Assembly (NCBI GenBank): GCA_965213705.1
Contig: OZ243913.1
Span: forward strand, 544,001-608,000
Reading direction: 5' to 3'
DNA: 64,000 nucleotides
Origin: Trueperaceae bacterium
Lineage (GTDB): Bacteria > Deinococcota > Deinococci > Deinococcales > Trueperaceae
Shown: positions 10,187 to 19,995 of the stretch, piece by piece
Layout of the letters: the number at the start of each line of letters is the position of its first letter
Numbering within the stretch: the stretch's first letter is position 1
Program-made: the position numbers and the translations under genes
The notes under the pieces: model-generated
The model's input: the letters and a program-made list of their open reading frames with translations, nothing else
Told to the model about the DNA's origin: nothing
Databases searched by the model: none

Positions 10187-10399
10187 AAATTTCACTGATG
10201 ATTGTGCGCTGACGTTTCTCGAGTAGGCAGTTTCGTCCGGAAGCCCGACCGAGCCCCGTCGCCTGGTGCGCACATCATCCACGGAGCGCACACCGCGCTT
10301 ACACTCATGAAAGGGGTTCTACCTGGGGGCCACACCGTTGTCTTGCACCCACCGTTTTGTAGCCGTTCGTACCACTTACATCCTTGTCAAGGAGGCTCA

Positions 10400-12151
10400 A
10401 TGAAGAAGTTAGTTACGCTGCTCGCCGTTCTAGGCTTCGCCTACGCGGTCGCCCAGTCCAACACGTACGTCGAACAAGCTTTCGGCGACGTCGACACCCT
10501 CGACCCGGTTCAAGCCTACGACAGCGCCTCGGGTCAAATCATCGAAAATGTCTACGAAGGTCTCTACGGTTACTTAGGCGACAGCGTCACCGAGTACGAG
10601 CCGCGCCTGGCGACTTCATACGAAGTTTCCGACGACGGTCTGACCTACACGTTTAACCTGCGTGAGGGCGTCACCTTTCACAGCGGTAATCCCTTTACCT
10701 GCGCAGACGTCGAGTACTCGTTTCAGCGCGCGCTCGTTACCAACCCGCCCGACTCGGGTGCTTGGATCCTGATGGAGCCCTTGACCGGCTACTACAGCGA
10801 CGTCACCACCGAACTCGGTGAAGACGCGACCGACGAGCAGTACGCCGAAGCCTGGCAAAAAATCGACAGCGGCGTCGAGTGCTTGGACGACCAAACGGTG
10901 CAGTTCAACCTCGTCCAGCCCGACCCCGCCTTTTTCGCCAAGACCCTCTTTTATGCCGGTGCCATCGTCGACAGCCAGTGGGCGATTGACAACGGCATGT
11001 GGGACGGCACCCAAGCGACCTGGCGCGACTGGATAGCCGTAGACTTGCGCGACCACTACTTGCAAACCAACATGAGCGGCACCGGCGCTTACCAGCTCGT
11101 TGCCTGGGAACCGGGTGTGCGCGTGGTAGCCGAAGCCTACCCGAACTACTGGGGCGAAGCGCCCGTTATTCAGAACGTGGTTTTGCAACAGGTCGAAGAC
11201 GAAGCGGCGCGCATCCAAGCCCTCAAAGCCGGTGACGCCGACAACATCGCGCTCGGGTCACGTGCCAGCTTGCCGCAAGTTGAAGGTCAGCCGGGCGTCA
11301 AAGTCTACGACGCGGCTAAAGACGAGAGTCTGGACTGGTCGTCCGTCTCGGTCGGCGCAGCCTTTTTGAACCAAGCCATCAACCCGACCGACAACCCCAA
11401 CATCGGCTCCGGCAAGCTCGACGGCTTGGGCATTCCGCCCGACTTTTTCACCGACGTCCACGTCCGCAAGTGCTTCAACTACGCTTACGACGTCGACACT
11501 TACATTCGTGACGTTTTGCAGGGCGAGGGTGAGCAAATCACGATGGCCCTGCCGCCTTCTTACCTCGGTTACGACCCGGAAGTGCCTACCTACTCGCTCG
11601 ACTTGGAAAAAGCCGAAGAAGAGTGCAAACTGGCCTGGGACGGTCAACTGTGGGAAAACGGCATGTACATGACCATTTCCTACAACACCGGCAACAGCGG
11701 GCGGCAAACCTCGGCCGAAATTCTCAAGTCGAACCTGGAATTTTTGAACCCGAAATTCAAAATCGACGTACGGGGCATCCAGTGGTCGGACTTCTTGAGC
11801 GAGCGTCGCGCCAAAAACCTGCCGGTCTCCATCGTGTCCTGGATTCCGGACTACGCCGACCCCGACAACTACATCCACACCTTTTACGCTTCGCAAGGGT
11901 ACTACGCCAGTGACAGCGCTTACAGCAACGCTGCCATCGACGAACTCGACAACGAGGCTCGCACTTCGTTGGACACGGCGCAGCGTGAAGACCTCTACAG
12001 CCAAATCGGTCAAGCGGGCTACGAAGACGCTCCCTTTATCCTGCAGCCCGTGGGCATTCCTTTCATCGTGACGAGCGAAAACCTTCAGGGTGTTTACCGC
12101 AACCCCATGTTGAGCGGTGCCTACCTCTGGAAGGACCTTTCTAAAAACTAA
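10400..12151 (+). CDS. Peptide/nickel ABC transporter substrate-binding protein (family 5)
   Basis: AAGGAGG RBS before ATG 10400; TLDPVQAYD, YTFNLREGVTFHSG, WIPDYADPDNY. Confidence 0.92.
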   Translation: MKKLVTLLAVLGFAYAVAQSNTYVEQAFGDVDTLDPVQAYDSASGQIIENVYEGLYGYLGDSVTEYEPRLATSYEVSDDGLTYTFNLREGVTFHSGNPFTCADVEYSFQRALVTNPPDSGAWILMEPLTGYYSDVTTELGEDATDEQYAEAWQKIDSGVECLDDQTVQFNLVQPDPAFFAKTLFYAGAIVDSQWAIDNGMWDGTQATWRDWIAVDLRDHYLQTNMSGTGAYQLVAWEPGVRVVAEAYPNYWGEAPVIQNVVLQQVEDEAARIQALKAGDADNIALGSRASLPQVEGQPGVKVYDAAKDESLDWSSVSVGAAFLNQAINPTDNPNIGSGKLDGLGIPPDFFTDVHVRKCFNYAYDVDTYIRDVLQGEGEQITMALPPSYLGYDPEVPTYSLDLEKAEEECKLAWDGQLWENGMYMTISYNTGNSGRQTSAEILKSNLEFLNPKFKIDVRGIQWSDFLSERRAKNLPVSIVSWIPDYADPDNYIHTFYASQGYYASDSAYSNAAIDELDNEARTSLDTAQREDLYSQIGQAGYEDAPFILQPVGIPFIVTSENLQGVYRNPMLSGAYLWKDLSKN

Positions 12152-12164
12152 GCGTAGGTGTTGA

Positions 12165-12193
12165 GGGAGGGAAACGAACTTCGTTTCCCTCCC
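12165..12193 (+). other. Intercistronic hairpin between binding-protein and permease genes
   Basis: GGGAGGGAAACGAA-C-TTCGTTTCCCTCCC, followed by CTTTT. Confidence 0.6.
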
Positions 12194-12209
12194 CTTTTAG
12201 GAGACCGCC

Positions 12210-13235
12210 GTGGCCGCTTTTATCGTCAGACGCATTTTGTTTTTGCCCATCGTTTTTTTTGGCGTCAGCATTTTTATTATTTTGCTCATGCAACTTCTCA
12301 GCCCGACCCAGCGGGCGTCGACGTACGTGCGCAGCGAAGCGCAGTTGCGCAACATCGGCGCGATTATCGAGCAGTACGGTTTGGACAAAGGGCCGCACAT
12401 TCAGTATTGGAACTGGCTGAAAGAGGTCGGCCGGGGCAACCTCGGATTCTCGAGGGCCTCGGGTGAGCCGGTGCTCGACGCTTTCAAGCGGCGTTTCCCA
12501 AATACTTTGGAACTGGCTTTGTTGTCGTTTATTCCGACCATCGGGTTGGGGGTTTGGTTCGGGTCTATGGCGGCGCTCAACCGCGACAGGTTTCTCGACC
12601 AACTGTCGCGCGTCAGCTCTATCTTTTTGTGGTCGCTGCCGACGTTTGTGCTGGCGATTTGGCTGCTGGTCGTTTTTTACGGGGGTTTGGGCTGGTTCGG
12701 ATTGGGGCAACTGACCACCGCCCACAGTCTCGAGGTCATCCGTTCCGGCTTCACCCGCTACACCGGCTTTATGACCCTGGACGCGCTCTTAAACGGCCGC
12801 TTTGACATTTTTCTCGACGCGCTCAACCACCTCGTGTTGCCTATCGTTACCCTGGTCGCCATCCAAAGTGCTCAAATCGTCCGGGTGATGCGTTCGTCGC
12901 TGCTCGACACCTTGTCCCAGGACTACGTGCGCACCGCCAGGGCCAAAGGCTTGCGCGAAGGGGTCGTCAACCGCAAGCACGCGCTGCGCAACGCGCTCAT
13001 CCCCATCGTCACGCTGTCGGGTTTTGCCATCGTAGGCCTGCTCAACGGCGTCATCATCACGGAGACCGTTTTCGCCTACCCGGGTTTGGGCAAGTGGCTG
13101 GCGGACGCGGCCGTGCAACTCGACACCGCCGCGGTCCTGGCGGGAGCCGTGTTCACAGGTATCTTGGTCGTCCTCGCCAACTTGCTGGCGGACGTTTTAT
13201 ACGCGGTCGTCGACCCGCGGATAAGGTACAGCTGA
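12210..13235 (+). CDS. Peptide ABC transporter permease (DppB/OppB-like)
   Basis: QYWNWL, FPNTLELA, DYVRTARAKGL, ETVFAYPGLG, VDPRI. Confidence 0.92.
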   Translation: MAAFIVRRILFLPIVFFGVSIFIILLMQLLSPTQRASTYVRSEAQLRNIGAIIEQYGLDKGPHIQYWNWLKEVGRGNLGFSRASGEPVLDAFKRRFPNTLELALLSFIPTIGLGVWFGSMAALNRDRFLDQLSRVSSIFLWSLPTFVLAIWLLVVFYGGLGWFGLGQLTTAHSLEVIRSGFTRYTGFMTLDALLNGRFDIFLDALNHLVLPIVTLVAIQSAQIVRVMRSSLLDTLSQDYVRTARAKGLREGVVNRKHALRNALIPIVTLSGFAIVGLLNGVIITETVFAYPGLGKWLADAAVQLDTAAVLAGAVFTGILVVLANLLADVLYAVVDPRIRYS

Positions 13236-14284
13236 TGGACAACGCCGTAGGCAGTCAAGATTTAGCGCAACCCGGCAACGTGACCCGCTCGAGTTCAGGG
13301 GGCTGGTGGAACTCCAAGGCGATGAAGCGCTTTCGGCGCAACCCGCTCGGCCTGCTGGGTACAGGCATTCTCACGCTGTTTTTGCTGGCCGCCGTGTTCG
13401 CGCCGCAACTTACCTCGACCCAGCTCATCAACTACCGCAACAACTGCGTTCGCGACTTAGGCCTCGGGCGCGAAACCGTGGCCGACGTTCGCAACCCGCT
13501 CAAACCCGTGTTCTGGCGCGCCATCGTGGCGCCGCCCGGAAGCTGTTACAGCATTCCCAGGGCGAGCTTTTCCGACGTTCCCACCCCGCCGTCCGAACTG
13601 TCGATTCTGGGCACGACGAGCGGCGGCTACGACATTTTCTACGGGCTCATCTGGGGCATTCGCACGGCTTTTCTGGCCGCTTTCGCCGTGACGGGTTTCG
13701 GGCTCGTCGTCGGGGTCATTGTAGGCAGCATCTCGGGCTACTTCGGCGGCTGGATAGACAACGTGCTCATGCGCATGGTCGATGTCATCTTCGCTATCCC
13801 AAGCCTGATTTTGGCGATGGTCATCGTGACGGTGTTGGGCCAGAGCCTGCGCAGCGTCATCATCGCTTTTATGGTGTTCGCCTGGGCGGGTTACGCAAGA
13901 TTTTTACGTGGCGAAATTTTGCAGGTGCGCGAGTTGGAGTTTGTCGACGGTGCCCGCGCCCTCGGGGCGCGCAGCCCACGGCTCATCTTCAAGCACATCC
14001 TGCCCAACTCGTTCACCTCGCTCCTTATTCTCGCCAGCCTGGACATCGGCTCGGTCGTTCTCGGGGTGGCGGCGCTGAGCTTCTTGGGTTTGGGTGCGCC
14101 GCCCGGTTTTGCCGACTGGGGGCAGATGGTCAACTTCGCCCGCGGCTGGCTGACCGGTTTGCCGGGGCAACCCTTCGCCTACTGGTACGTCATCTTTTGG
14201 CCGAGCTTTATCATCGTGCTGTTCGTACTGGGTTGGAACTTGCTCGGCGACGCGGTGCGAGACGTGTTCGACGTGCGCGGCTGA
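13235..14284 (+). CDS. Peptide ABC transporter permease (DppC/OppC-like)
   Basis: TGATG coupling at 13233-13237; LGTTSGGYDIF, GYFGGWID, FVDGARALGA, LSFLGLG, NLLGDAVRD. Confidence 0.92.
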   Translation: MDNAVGSQDLAQPGNVTRSSSGGWWNSKAMKRFRRNPLGLLGTGILTLFLLAAVFAPQLTSTQLINYRNNCVRDLGLGRETVADVRNPLKPVFWRAIVAPPGSCYSIPRASFSDVPTPPSELSILGTTSGGYDIFYGLIWGIRTAFLAAFAVTGFGLVVGVIVGSISGYFGGWIDNVLMRMVDVIFAIPSLILAMVIVTVLGQSLRSVIIAFMVFAWAGYARFLRGEILQVRELEFVDGARALGARSPRLIFKHILPNSFTSLLILASLDIGSVVLGVAALSFLGLGAPPGFADWGQMVNFARGWLTGLPGQPFAYWYVIFWPSFIIVLFVLGWNLLGDAVRDVFDVRG

Positions 14285-14287
14285 GCT

Positions 14288-14824
14288 TTAGCGCAGCGTC
14301 ACTGCCGCTTCGTTGTCCGCGCCCAGGGTTAAACCCTCCGGCAGCAGGCCGTTGACCTCGAGCAAAAACGCCGTAACGTCTAAGTATTCCTCGTCGCTCA
14401 GCGTGCCGGGTGCGTAGCGGGGCATGGCGGCGCGAAGATAGGCGTGCAAGGTGGCGGCGTTGGCAAAGTGGGCCAGCACCCCGTCACCGCGCAGGGCGGG
14501 CGGCTCGCCGATGTTAAACGAGTTTTTTTCGGAAAGTTTGGTGTTTGCCTTGGTGGGGGCGTTGAACGTTTTGTGACAGCGTTCGCAACGCTGGTGCGCG
14601 GGGTCGAACGACGCTCTACCTTCGGCAATACCCAGCCCCGAATCCCCGTGACAGTCCGAGCAAACGAGGTCGTAGGTCTCAGCGCCGCGCAAGACTTGGG
14701 GGCTCGAGCCCGCGACGAACTCGGCGGGACTTGTCGGCTTCTCCGTCTTCATACCTTGCGCCAACGCCACAAAGACAACGCCCAAAAGCAAGCTGACAAA
14801 CGTGATAGGTATAAAGCGCTGCAC
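14288..14824 (-). CDS. Exported c-type cytochrome with two CXXCH motifs
   Basis: Signal peptide; CSDCH and CERCH; AAMP distal-Met segment; TACACT-N6-GTG start. Confidence 0.75.
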   Translation of the reverse strand: MQRFIPITFVSLLLGVVFVALAQGMKTEKPTSPAEFVAGSSPQVLRGAETYDLVCSDCHGDSGLGIAEGRASFDPAHQRCERCHKTFNAPTKANTKLSEKNSFNIGEPPALRGDGVLAHFANAATLHAYLRAAMPRYAPGTLSDEEYLDVTAFLLEVNGLLPEGLTLGADNEAAVTLR

Positions 14825-14920
14825 CCCACGAGTGTAACAGGCGGCGTAAGCCCCCGAGGTTTTCCACCGGCGTAGATTCACCCGGCACGCTTCATCAAAC
14901 GTTCCGAGTCCAGGCCTCGC

Positions 14921-15475
14921 TCAGCGCGCCAGCTTCACTTCGAAGTTGTTGGAGTATCCTGCCGCGTCTACCAAGAAACATCTCAAGTCCTCTTCGGGAC
15001 AAATCTGCACCTGGTAGATTAAGTAAAACTTGCCCTCGAGCACGCCGAAAGGAACACCTGTTTCACCGTCAAAAGCATTGGACCCCCGAACGTGAAGCGT
15101 GTCGGTTCGCGTCTCTCCGGGAAGCACCTCGATGGCCTCGTCATGCCCTACGCAGGCCGAGACTGTGTCGTACGCGGACTCTCCTTCGCCTCTGGGAGCG
15201 ATCAGCCGAACGCCGTAAATAGGCGTCGGGCTGTCCGGGTAGCACCGGGCGAGGTACAGGGGACGGTCCGTGCGGTTTTCGTAGCTCGCAACCACGGTGA
15301 ATCCGTAAGCACAGTTCGGCGCGGTACACGGGAACAACGGCCGCGCCGTGTAAGCCGTTCGGTCTGTCGTCACGGGATAATAATTGTCGACAGGGGCAGG
15401 AGAAGGACCGCACCCGCTCAGCAACAGGCCCACCAAAAAGAGACTGGTAATGCCGGAAAAACCGGACCGGCGCAC
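14921..15475 (-). CDS. Hypothetical Cys-containing lipoprotein
   Basis: GGGGAGG RBS; lipobox LSGC; six further Cys. Confidence 0.6.
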   Translation of the reverse strand: MRRSGFSGITSLFLVGLLLSGCGPSPAPVDNYYPVTTDRTAYTARPLFPCTAPNCAYGFTVVASYENRTDRPLYLARCYPDSPTPIYGVRLIAPRGEGESAYDTVSACVGHDEAIEVLPGETRTDTLHVRGSNAFDGETGVPFGVLEGKFYLIYQVQICPEEDLRCFLVDAAGYSNNFEVKLAR

Positions 15476-15492
15476 GGCGACCTCCCCTAAAG

Positions 15493-16098
15493 CTAGCTCT
15501 TAGTGTCTTCGTCCTCGTCGTTTGCTGCTAAGTCCTCGGCAAGGTCGTCCATCTTCTTAAACCCGCTCGTGTCGACGTCGTAGTCGACCGGCTCGGCGTC
15601 GTCAGCCCGTGTCTCGACCACGCGCTCGCTGCCGGGCGTGTCTTGAGTGACGGGCGGGGTGGTTTGGGTTGCGGAGGCCGCGCCGGTTTCAAAGGTGTCG
15701 GCGTCGTAAGAGGACGCGGGCCGCGCGGCGATGTCGGGGTCGACGCGTACCGTCGGGGCTGGCGGCGGCGTCGTGATGCGCTCCGGGGCCACGGACGGCG
15801 TGACCGGCACCGACGGGCTCGTCGCCGGTCCGGACACCGTCGGGCTGTAAGTCGTTTTGGTGCTCGACTTCTTCTGCTGATTCGTCACCAGGCGCACAAT
15901 CAGGTAAACGATACCCGCGACGATGGCGATGGGGATGATGAACCTGAGCAGCAACCAGATAAAGCTGCCCACGAGCCGCAACAGCCAGCCCAAAAAGGTG
16001 AACACCCACCCCGCCCCCCACAGGAGCAACATACCCACGATAAGGGCGACGAGTCCGATGACGACTAATTCAAGAACCTCTTGCACTGAGCGTTTCAT
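15493..16098 (-). CDS. Hypothetical membrane protein with Pro/Thr/acidic disordered tail
   Basis: Hydrophobic N-terminal ~70 aa; TATACT-N6-ATG start. Confidence 0.65.
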   Translation of the reverse strand: MKRSVQEVLELVVIGLVALIVGMLLLWGAGWVFTFLGWLLRLVGSFIWLLLRFIIPIAIVAGIVYLIVRLVTNQQKKSSTKTTYSPTVSGPATSPSVPVTPSVAPERITTPPPAPTVRVDPDIAARPASSYDADTFETGAASATQTTPPVTQDTPGSERVVETRADDAEPVDYDVDTSGFKKMDDLAEDLAANDEDEDTKS

Positions 16099-16178
16099 GG
16101 GGCGAGTATAGCAAGTCTGAGGCGCGGGTAAGAGACCTTAAAAAAGCGCCGCTTTAAAAAGGCTGGTAAGCTTTGACG

Positions 16179-17411
16179 ATGCTCGAGACCCTTCACTTGG
16201 ACAAGATGGTTCACGGTGGCCGCGCCCTGGCCCGGTTGCGGGACGGCCGCGTCGCCCTGGTGCGGGGCGGTTTGCCGAATGAGCGGGTAGAGGCCGAACT
16301 GTTCGAGCGTAAGGGCGTGCTGCAAGGTTGGGTCACCGAAGTTTTAGAGGCAAGTCCCGACCGAGTCGAGCCGCCAAAGCACCCCGGTTTGGACTACGGC
16401 TTCGTCGCCTACCCGCGCCAGTTGGCGCTTAAACGCGAGGTTGTTGCGGACGCGCTCGAGCGCAGTTTGAAAAGAGGGGTCGAAGTGCCCCAGGTTCGGC
16501 CCGCGCCGCAACCCTGGCACTACCGGAGCGCGGTGCAGCCCGTCGCGGTGCGCGCAGGGCTCGGCTACCGCCTGCCGGAGAGCCACGAGGTCGTGTTGCT
16601 GGCGCGCGACCCCGTCGCCAACCCCGCCATCGACGTGGTGTGGAAGCGTTGGCCGGATTTGGACGCGCCCAAAGGCGTGCGCGAGGTCGTTTTTCGGGGC
16701 AACGACCGGGGCGAGGTGTTGGCCTCGCTGGTCGCGACGACCTCGGCCAAAAACCTCGTCTCGTTTGCTCACGAACTGCTGAACGTCGGCGTCGTCGGCG
16801 TGAGTTACGCGCCCTTCGACGCGCGCGGCCGTTTTCGGCAAGGCAGCGAGAAGTTGGCCGGCGAAAAGACGATTTTGCAAAACTACGGGTCTTTCACCGT
16901 CAGCGTGAGTGCGACCAACTTCGCCCAGCCGAGCCCTGCGGCGGCCTCGCAAGTTTACAAAGCCCTGGTCGACCTCGCGCCGGGGGGCAAACTCGCCCTC
17001 GACCTGTACGCGGGCAGCGGCATCATCGGGATGCACCTGCTGAGCAAGTACGAGCGCGTCGTCGCCCTCGAGATAGACCGGGGCAGCGTCGTCCGGGGAA
17101 AAAGGGACGCTGAAAGATTGGGGTTGACGGGCATAGAGTTCGTCAAAGCCGACGCCAAACAGGTCGAGATTCCGCCGAACACCGACCTCATTATTGTAGA
17201 CCCACCGAGGGCGGGCCTGAACAAAGACCTGCGCGAAACTTTGACGCAGTCTGGTGTCAAACGGCTCATTTATGTCTCCTGCGACGTGGCGACTTGGGCG
17301 CGCGATGTGGCCGACTTTGAAGAAAAAGGCTGGCGTTTGGAAAGGTTCGAGCCGTTCGACTTTTATCCGCACACCCACCACATCGAACTGTTGTCGAAGC
17401 TGGTGCGGTAA
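16179..17411 (+). CDS. TRAM-domain RNA (uracil-C5)-methyltransferase, RlmD-like
   Basis: LDLYAGSG, VDPPRAGL, IYVSCD, FDFYPHTHHIE; TAAGCT-N6-ATG start. Confidence 0.85.
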   Translation: MLETLHLDKMVHGGRALARLRDGRVALVRGGLPNERVEAELFERKGVLQGWVTEVLEASPDRVEPPKHPGLDYGFVAYPRQLALKREVVADALERSLKRGVEVPQVRPAPQPWHYRSAVQPVAVRAGLGYRLPESHEVVLLARDPVANPAIDVVWKRWPDLDAPKGVREVVFRGNDRGEVLASLVATTSAKNLVSFAHELLNVGVVGVSYAPFDARGRFRQGSEKLAGEKTILQNYGSFTVSVSATNFAQPSPAAASQVYKALVDLAPGGKLALDLYAGSGIIGMHLLSKYERVVALEIDRGSVVRGKRDAERLGLTGIEFVKADAKQVEIPPNTDLIIVDPPRAGLNKDLRETLTQSGVKRLIYVSCDVATWARDVADFEEKGWRLERFEPFDFYPHTHHIELLSKLVR

Positions 17412-17480
17412 CGAATCGTGCGGTTTCGTAGAGGTACAAACCCGCCCTTTTGGCGTCGGTGGTTCTATACTGAAAGGCCC

Positions 17481-18476
17481 ATGAACCGCTACGACGACCG
17501 CGCCCGGTTGGTGTTCCACTTCGCCCGCGAAGAAGGCTCGAGGCTCGGGCACGCGATGATCGGCCCCGAACACCTGTTGCTGGGACTCATGCGCGAAGGC
17601 GGCACCGCCAGCAAGGTGCTGGGTGACTTCGGCGTCACGCTCGAGGACACGCGCCGCCACGTTTTAGAACTGCTGGGCCGCGGCGAGGGCCTACCGCGGA
17701 ACGAAACCGCCTCGATTACCCCGCGCACCCGCCGCGTGATGGAACTCGCCGGCAGCGAGGCGCGCAGTCTCGGGAGCAGCGTTATCGCCACCGAGCACAT
17801 CTTGCTCGGCATCATCCGCGAGGGTGACGGCGTCGCTTACCGCATCTTGCAGCAACTTACCCGCGACCCGGACACGGTGCGCTGGCGCATCCTAAGCATG
17901 TCCGAGCACAGTCGAGAACCTGAAGCGAGTGACCGGACACTGCGCCTGGGCCGTATAGAAGACCACTTTTTAAGGCTCGAGCACAACTTTTTGCAATTGC
18001 GTGAAGAACTGACCCTGCTCAGACAACTCGCCACGACGCAAGGTTGGGCCAACCCCGCACGACATCCGAAACCCAAAACCCTCTACTACGGCGTCAAGTA
18101 TTTCGAAGACGGGCTCAACAACGCGGTGACCAAACGGCGGCTCGAGGCGCTCGAGGCCCTGGGCTTTACAACCCGCTGCGCCCTGCGCGATTTGGAAGAC
18201 TGGGGCACGGTCACGCTCGAGCCCGCCGAACTCATGAGGCTCGCCTTCGACCTTATCGACGGAAGTGACCTGATTCTTTTAGACCTCACCGAAAAAGGCG
18301 TCGGCCTCGGCATCGAAGCGGGCTACGCGCACGCGCTCGGTAAGCCCGTCGTCACCGTCGCCGAGCAGGGCGCAGACCTGTCGACGACGCTGCAGGGCAT
18401 CTCCGAGCGAATCCATCTTTACAAAGACGAAGACGATTTAGCCGCGTTTTTCTCGAGCCTCCGAAACACCCCTTAA
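17481..18476 (+). CDS. Clp N-terminal repeat domain fused to a nucleoside 2-deoxyribosyltransferase-like domain
   Basis: Two ClpN repeats ([18 protein letters not shown]), coiled-coil linker, then [29 protein letters not shown]; no AAA+ Walker motifs. Confidence 0.75.
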   Translation: MNRYDDRARLVFHFAREEGSRLGHAMIGPEHLLLGLMREGGTASKVLGDFGVTLEDTRRHVLELLGRGEGLPRNETASITPRTRRVMELAGSEARSLGSSVIATEHILLGIIREGDGVAYRILQQLTRDPDTVRWRILSMSEHSREPEASDRTLRLGRIEDHFLRLEHNFLQLREELTLLRQLATTQGWANPARHPKPKTLYYGVKYFEDGLNNAVTKRRLEALEALGFTTRCALRDLEDWGTVTLEPAELMRLAFDLIDGSDLILLDLTEKGVGLGIEAGYAHALGKPVVTVAEQGADLSTTLQGISERIHLYKDEDDLAAFFSSLRNTP

Positions 18477-18492
18477 CTGCTATGCTTTGAAG

Positions 18493-19272
18493 GTGTTAGC
18501 CAAACGCATCATCCCCTGCCTGGACGTTCACAACGGCCGCACCACCCGCGGCCAGCAGTTCGGCCGCGCTGAACGGGGCGAGCTGAACGACATAGGCGAC
18601 CCGGTCGAACTCGCGCTGCTCTACAACGAGCAGCGCGCGGACGAACTCGTCTTTTACGACATCACCGCGACGAGTGAAGGACGGGCTTCGATGCTCGAGG
18701 TGGCGACGCGCGTCGCAGAGCAGTGTTTCATGCCGTTGACCGTCGGCGGCGGCGTGCGCACGCTCGAGGACTTTCGCGCCCTCTTTTTGGCCGGAGCGGA
18801 CAAAGTTTCCATCAACTCGGGCGCGGTCGCCCATCCGCAGGTCGTTCGTGAGGCGTCCGACCACTACGGCGCGCAGGCGGTGGTCTTTTCCATCGACTTC
18901 AAAACCCGCGCGGACGGTTTGGGCTGGGACGTGTACGTCGCCGGGGGACGCAAGAACACGGGGCTGGACTTGCTCGAGTGGGCCGTCCGGGGCCAAGAAC
19001 TGGGCGCGGGTGAACTCGTCCTGAACAGCATCGACGCCGACGGCATGAAAACGGGCTACGACCTAGCCCCGACGCGGGCGGTGGCGCGGATGGTCGACAT
19101 CCCCGTCATCGCCTCCGGCGGCGCGGGCCGGGCCGAACACCTGCGCGACGTGCTGGTGCAGGGCGAGGCCGACGCGGCCCTCGCCGCCGGGATTTTTCAC
19201 AGCGGGCAGACGACGGTAGGGGAGGTCAAGAACGTTCTGGCTGCGGCGGGGGTTCACGTGCGGTTGGTTTGA
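18493..19272 (+). CDS. hisF: Imidazole glycerol phosphate synthase cyclase subunit
   Basis: [51 protein letters not shown]6-GTG start. Confidence 0.95.
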   Translation: MLAKRIIPCLDVHNGRTTRGQQFGRAERGELNDIGDPVELALLYNEQRADELVFYDITATSEGRASMLEVATRVAEQCFMPLTVGGGVRTLEDFRALFLAGADKVSINSGAVAHPQVVREASDHYGAQAVVFSIDFKTRADGLGWDVYVAGGRKNTGLDLLEWAVRGQELGAGELVLNSIDADGMKTGYDLAPTRAVARMVDIPVIASGGAGRAEHLRDVLVQGEADAALAAGIFHSGQTTVGEVKNVLAAAGVHVRLV

Positions 19273-19354
19273 AGGAATGAGGCTCGAGCGCTTCACTCTT
19301 TTGTTTGTTGCTCAAAATCAACTCGGTTAGCGTGTGCCAACTCAAGTCACGCGG

Positions 19355-19708
19355 TTAAAGCTTGGAGCGAATGCGTACCGAACTGTGCGAGACAACCGTG
19401 AAAGCATTTGTCATGTCGGCACCGTGCGCCTGAACAGTCTCGCTGACAATTTTTGCCTTCAACTCAGGACTTAAACCGTAAAGCCTGAGCAAAACCACAC
19501 CTCTGTGAATGCGCCCAAGCCGAAACACCAGTTCACCAAAATCTTTATCTGCCGTCAGAAGCAACGCCTGCTCAGCATTCGCCCTATCTAAAACTTCATC
19601 ATCGGTTATACCGGGGGACATCTCGACGACATAAAGAACCTTGTGGTTTTCGTCTCTCAACTTTTCAACAACGGCACTGTCTACACCCTCGTCAGCGACA
19701 AAGGTCAC
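19355..19708 (-). CDS. DUF5615 PIN-like toxin (VapC45-type)
   Basis: FVADEGV, LLLTADKDFGEL, GVVLLRL; overlaps the DUF433 stop (GTGA). Confidence 0.85.
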   Translation of the reverse strand: MTFVADEGVDSAVVEKLRDENHKVLYVVEMSPGITDDEVLDRANAEQALLLTADKDFGELVFRLGRIHRGVVLLRLYGLSPELKAKIVSETVQAHGADMTNAFTVVSHSSVRIRSKL

Positions 19709-19950
19709 GCGGCCTTGCCCGGCGCGGGGTAAATCACGTCGGCACGAAGCGCCTGAGCAGCGAACGCCAAGGCCGCGTCGACGGCTTCTCGGGTCAGCCT
19801 GGGATGGGCGGAAAGAAGCTGTTCCCTCGTTTCACCGCTGGCGAGCTTTTCTAAAATGGACTCTACCGTAATGCGCGTACCCGCTATGACAGGTTTGCCC
19901 ATCATGATGTTTGGGTCTGATTGGACGAGAGACACTGTTGATTCGTTCAT
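19705..19950 (-). CDS. DUF433 antitoxin
   Basis: DPNIMMGKPVIAGTRITV...HPRLT. Confidence 0.9.
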   Translation of the reverse strand: MNESTVSLVQSDPNIMMGKPVIAGTRITVESILEKLASGETREQLLSAHPRLTREAVDAALAFAAQALRADVIYPAPGKAA

Positions 19951-19995
19951 CTTGATACCATCCTACACGAGTAAGGGAAGTTGTATAAAGGCCTA

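Noticed and set aside
10195..10280. CTGATGA as a hammerhead ribozyme core
   Set aside because: No correctly placed downstream GAAA or stem arrangement on the same strand.
17481..18476. Annotation as clpC or a clpC pseudogene
   Set aside because: No Walker A/B remnants; the frame is open and ends in a different, coherent domain.
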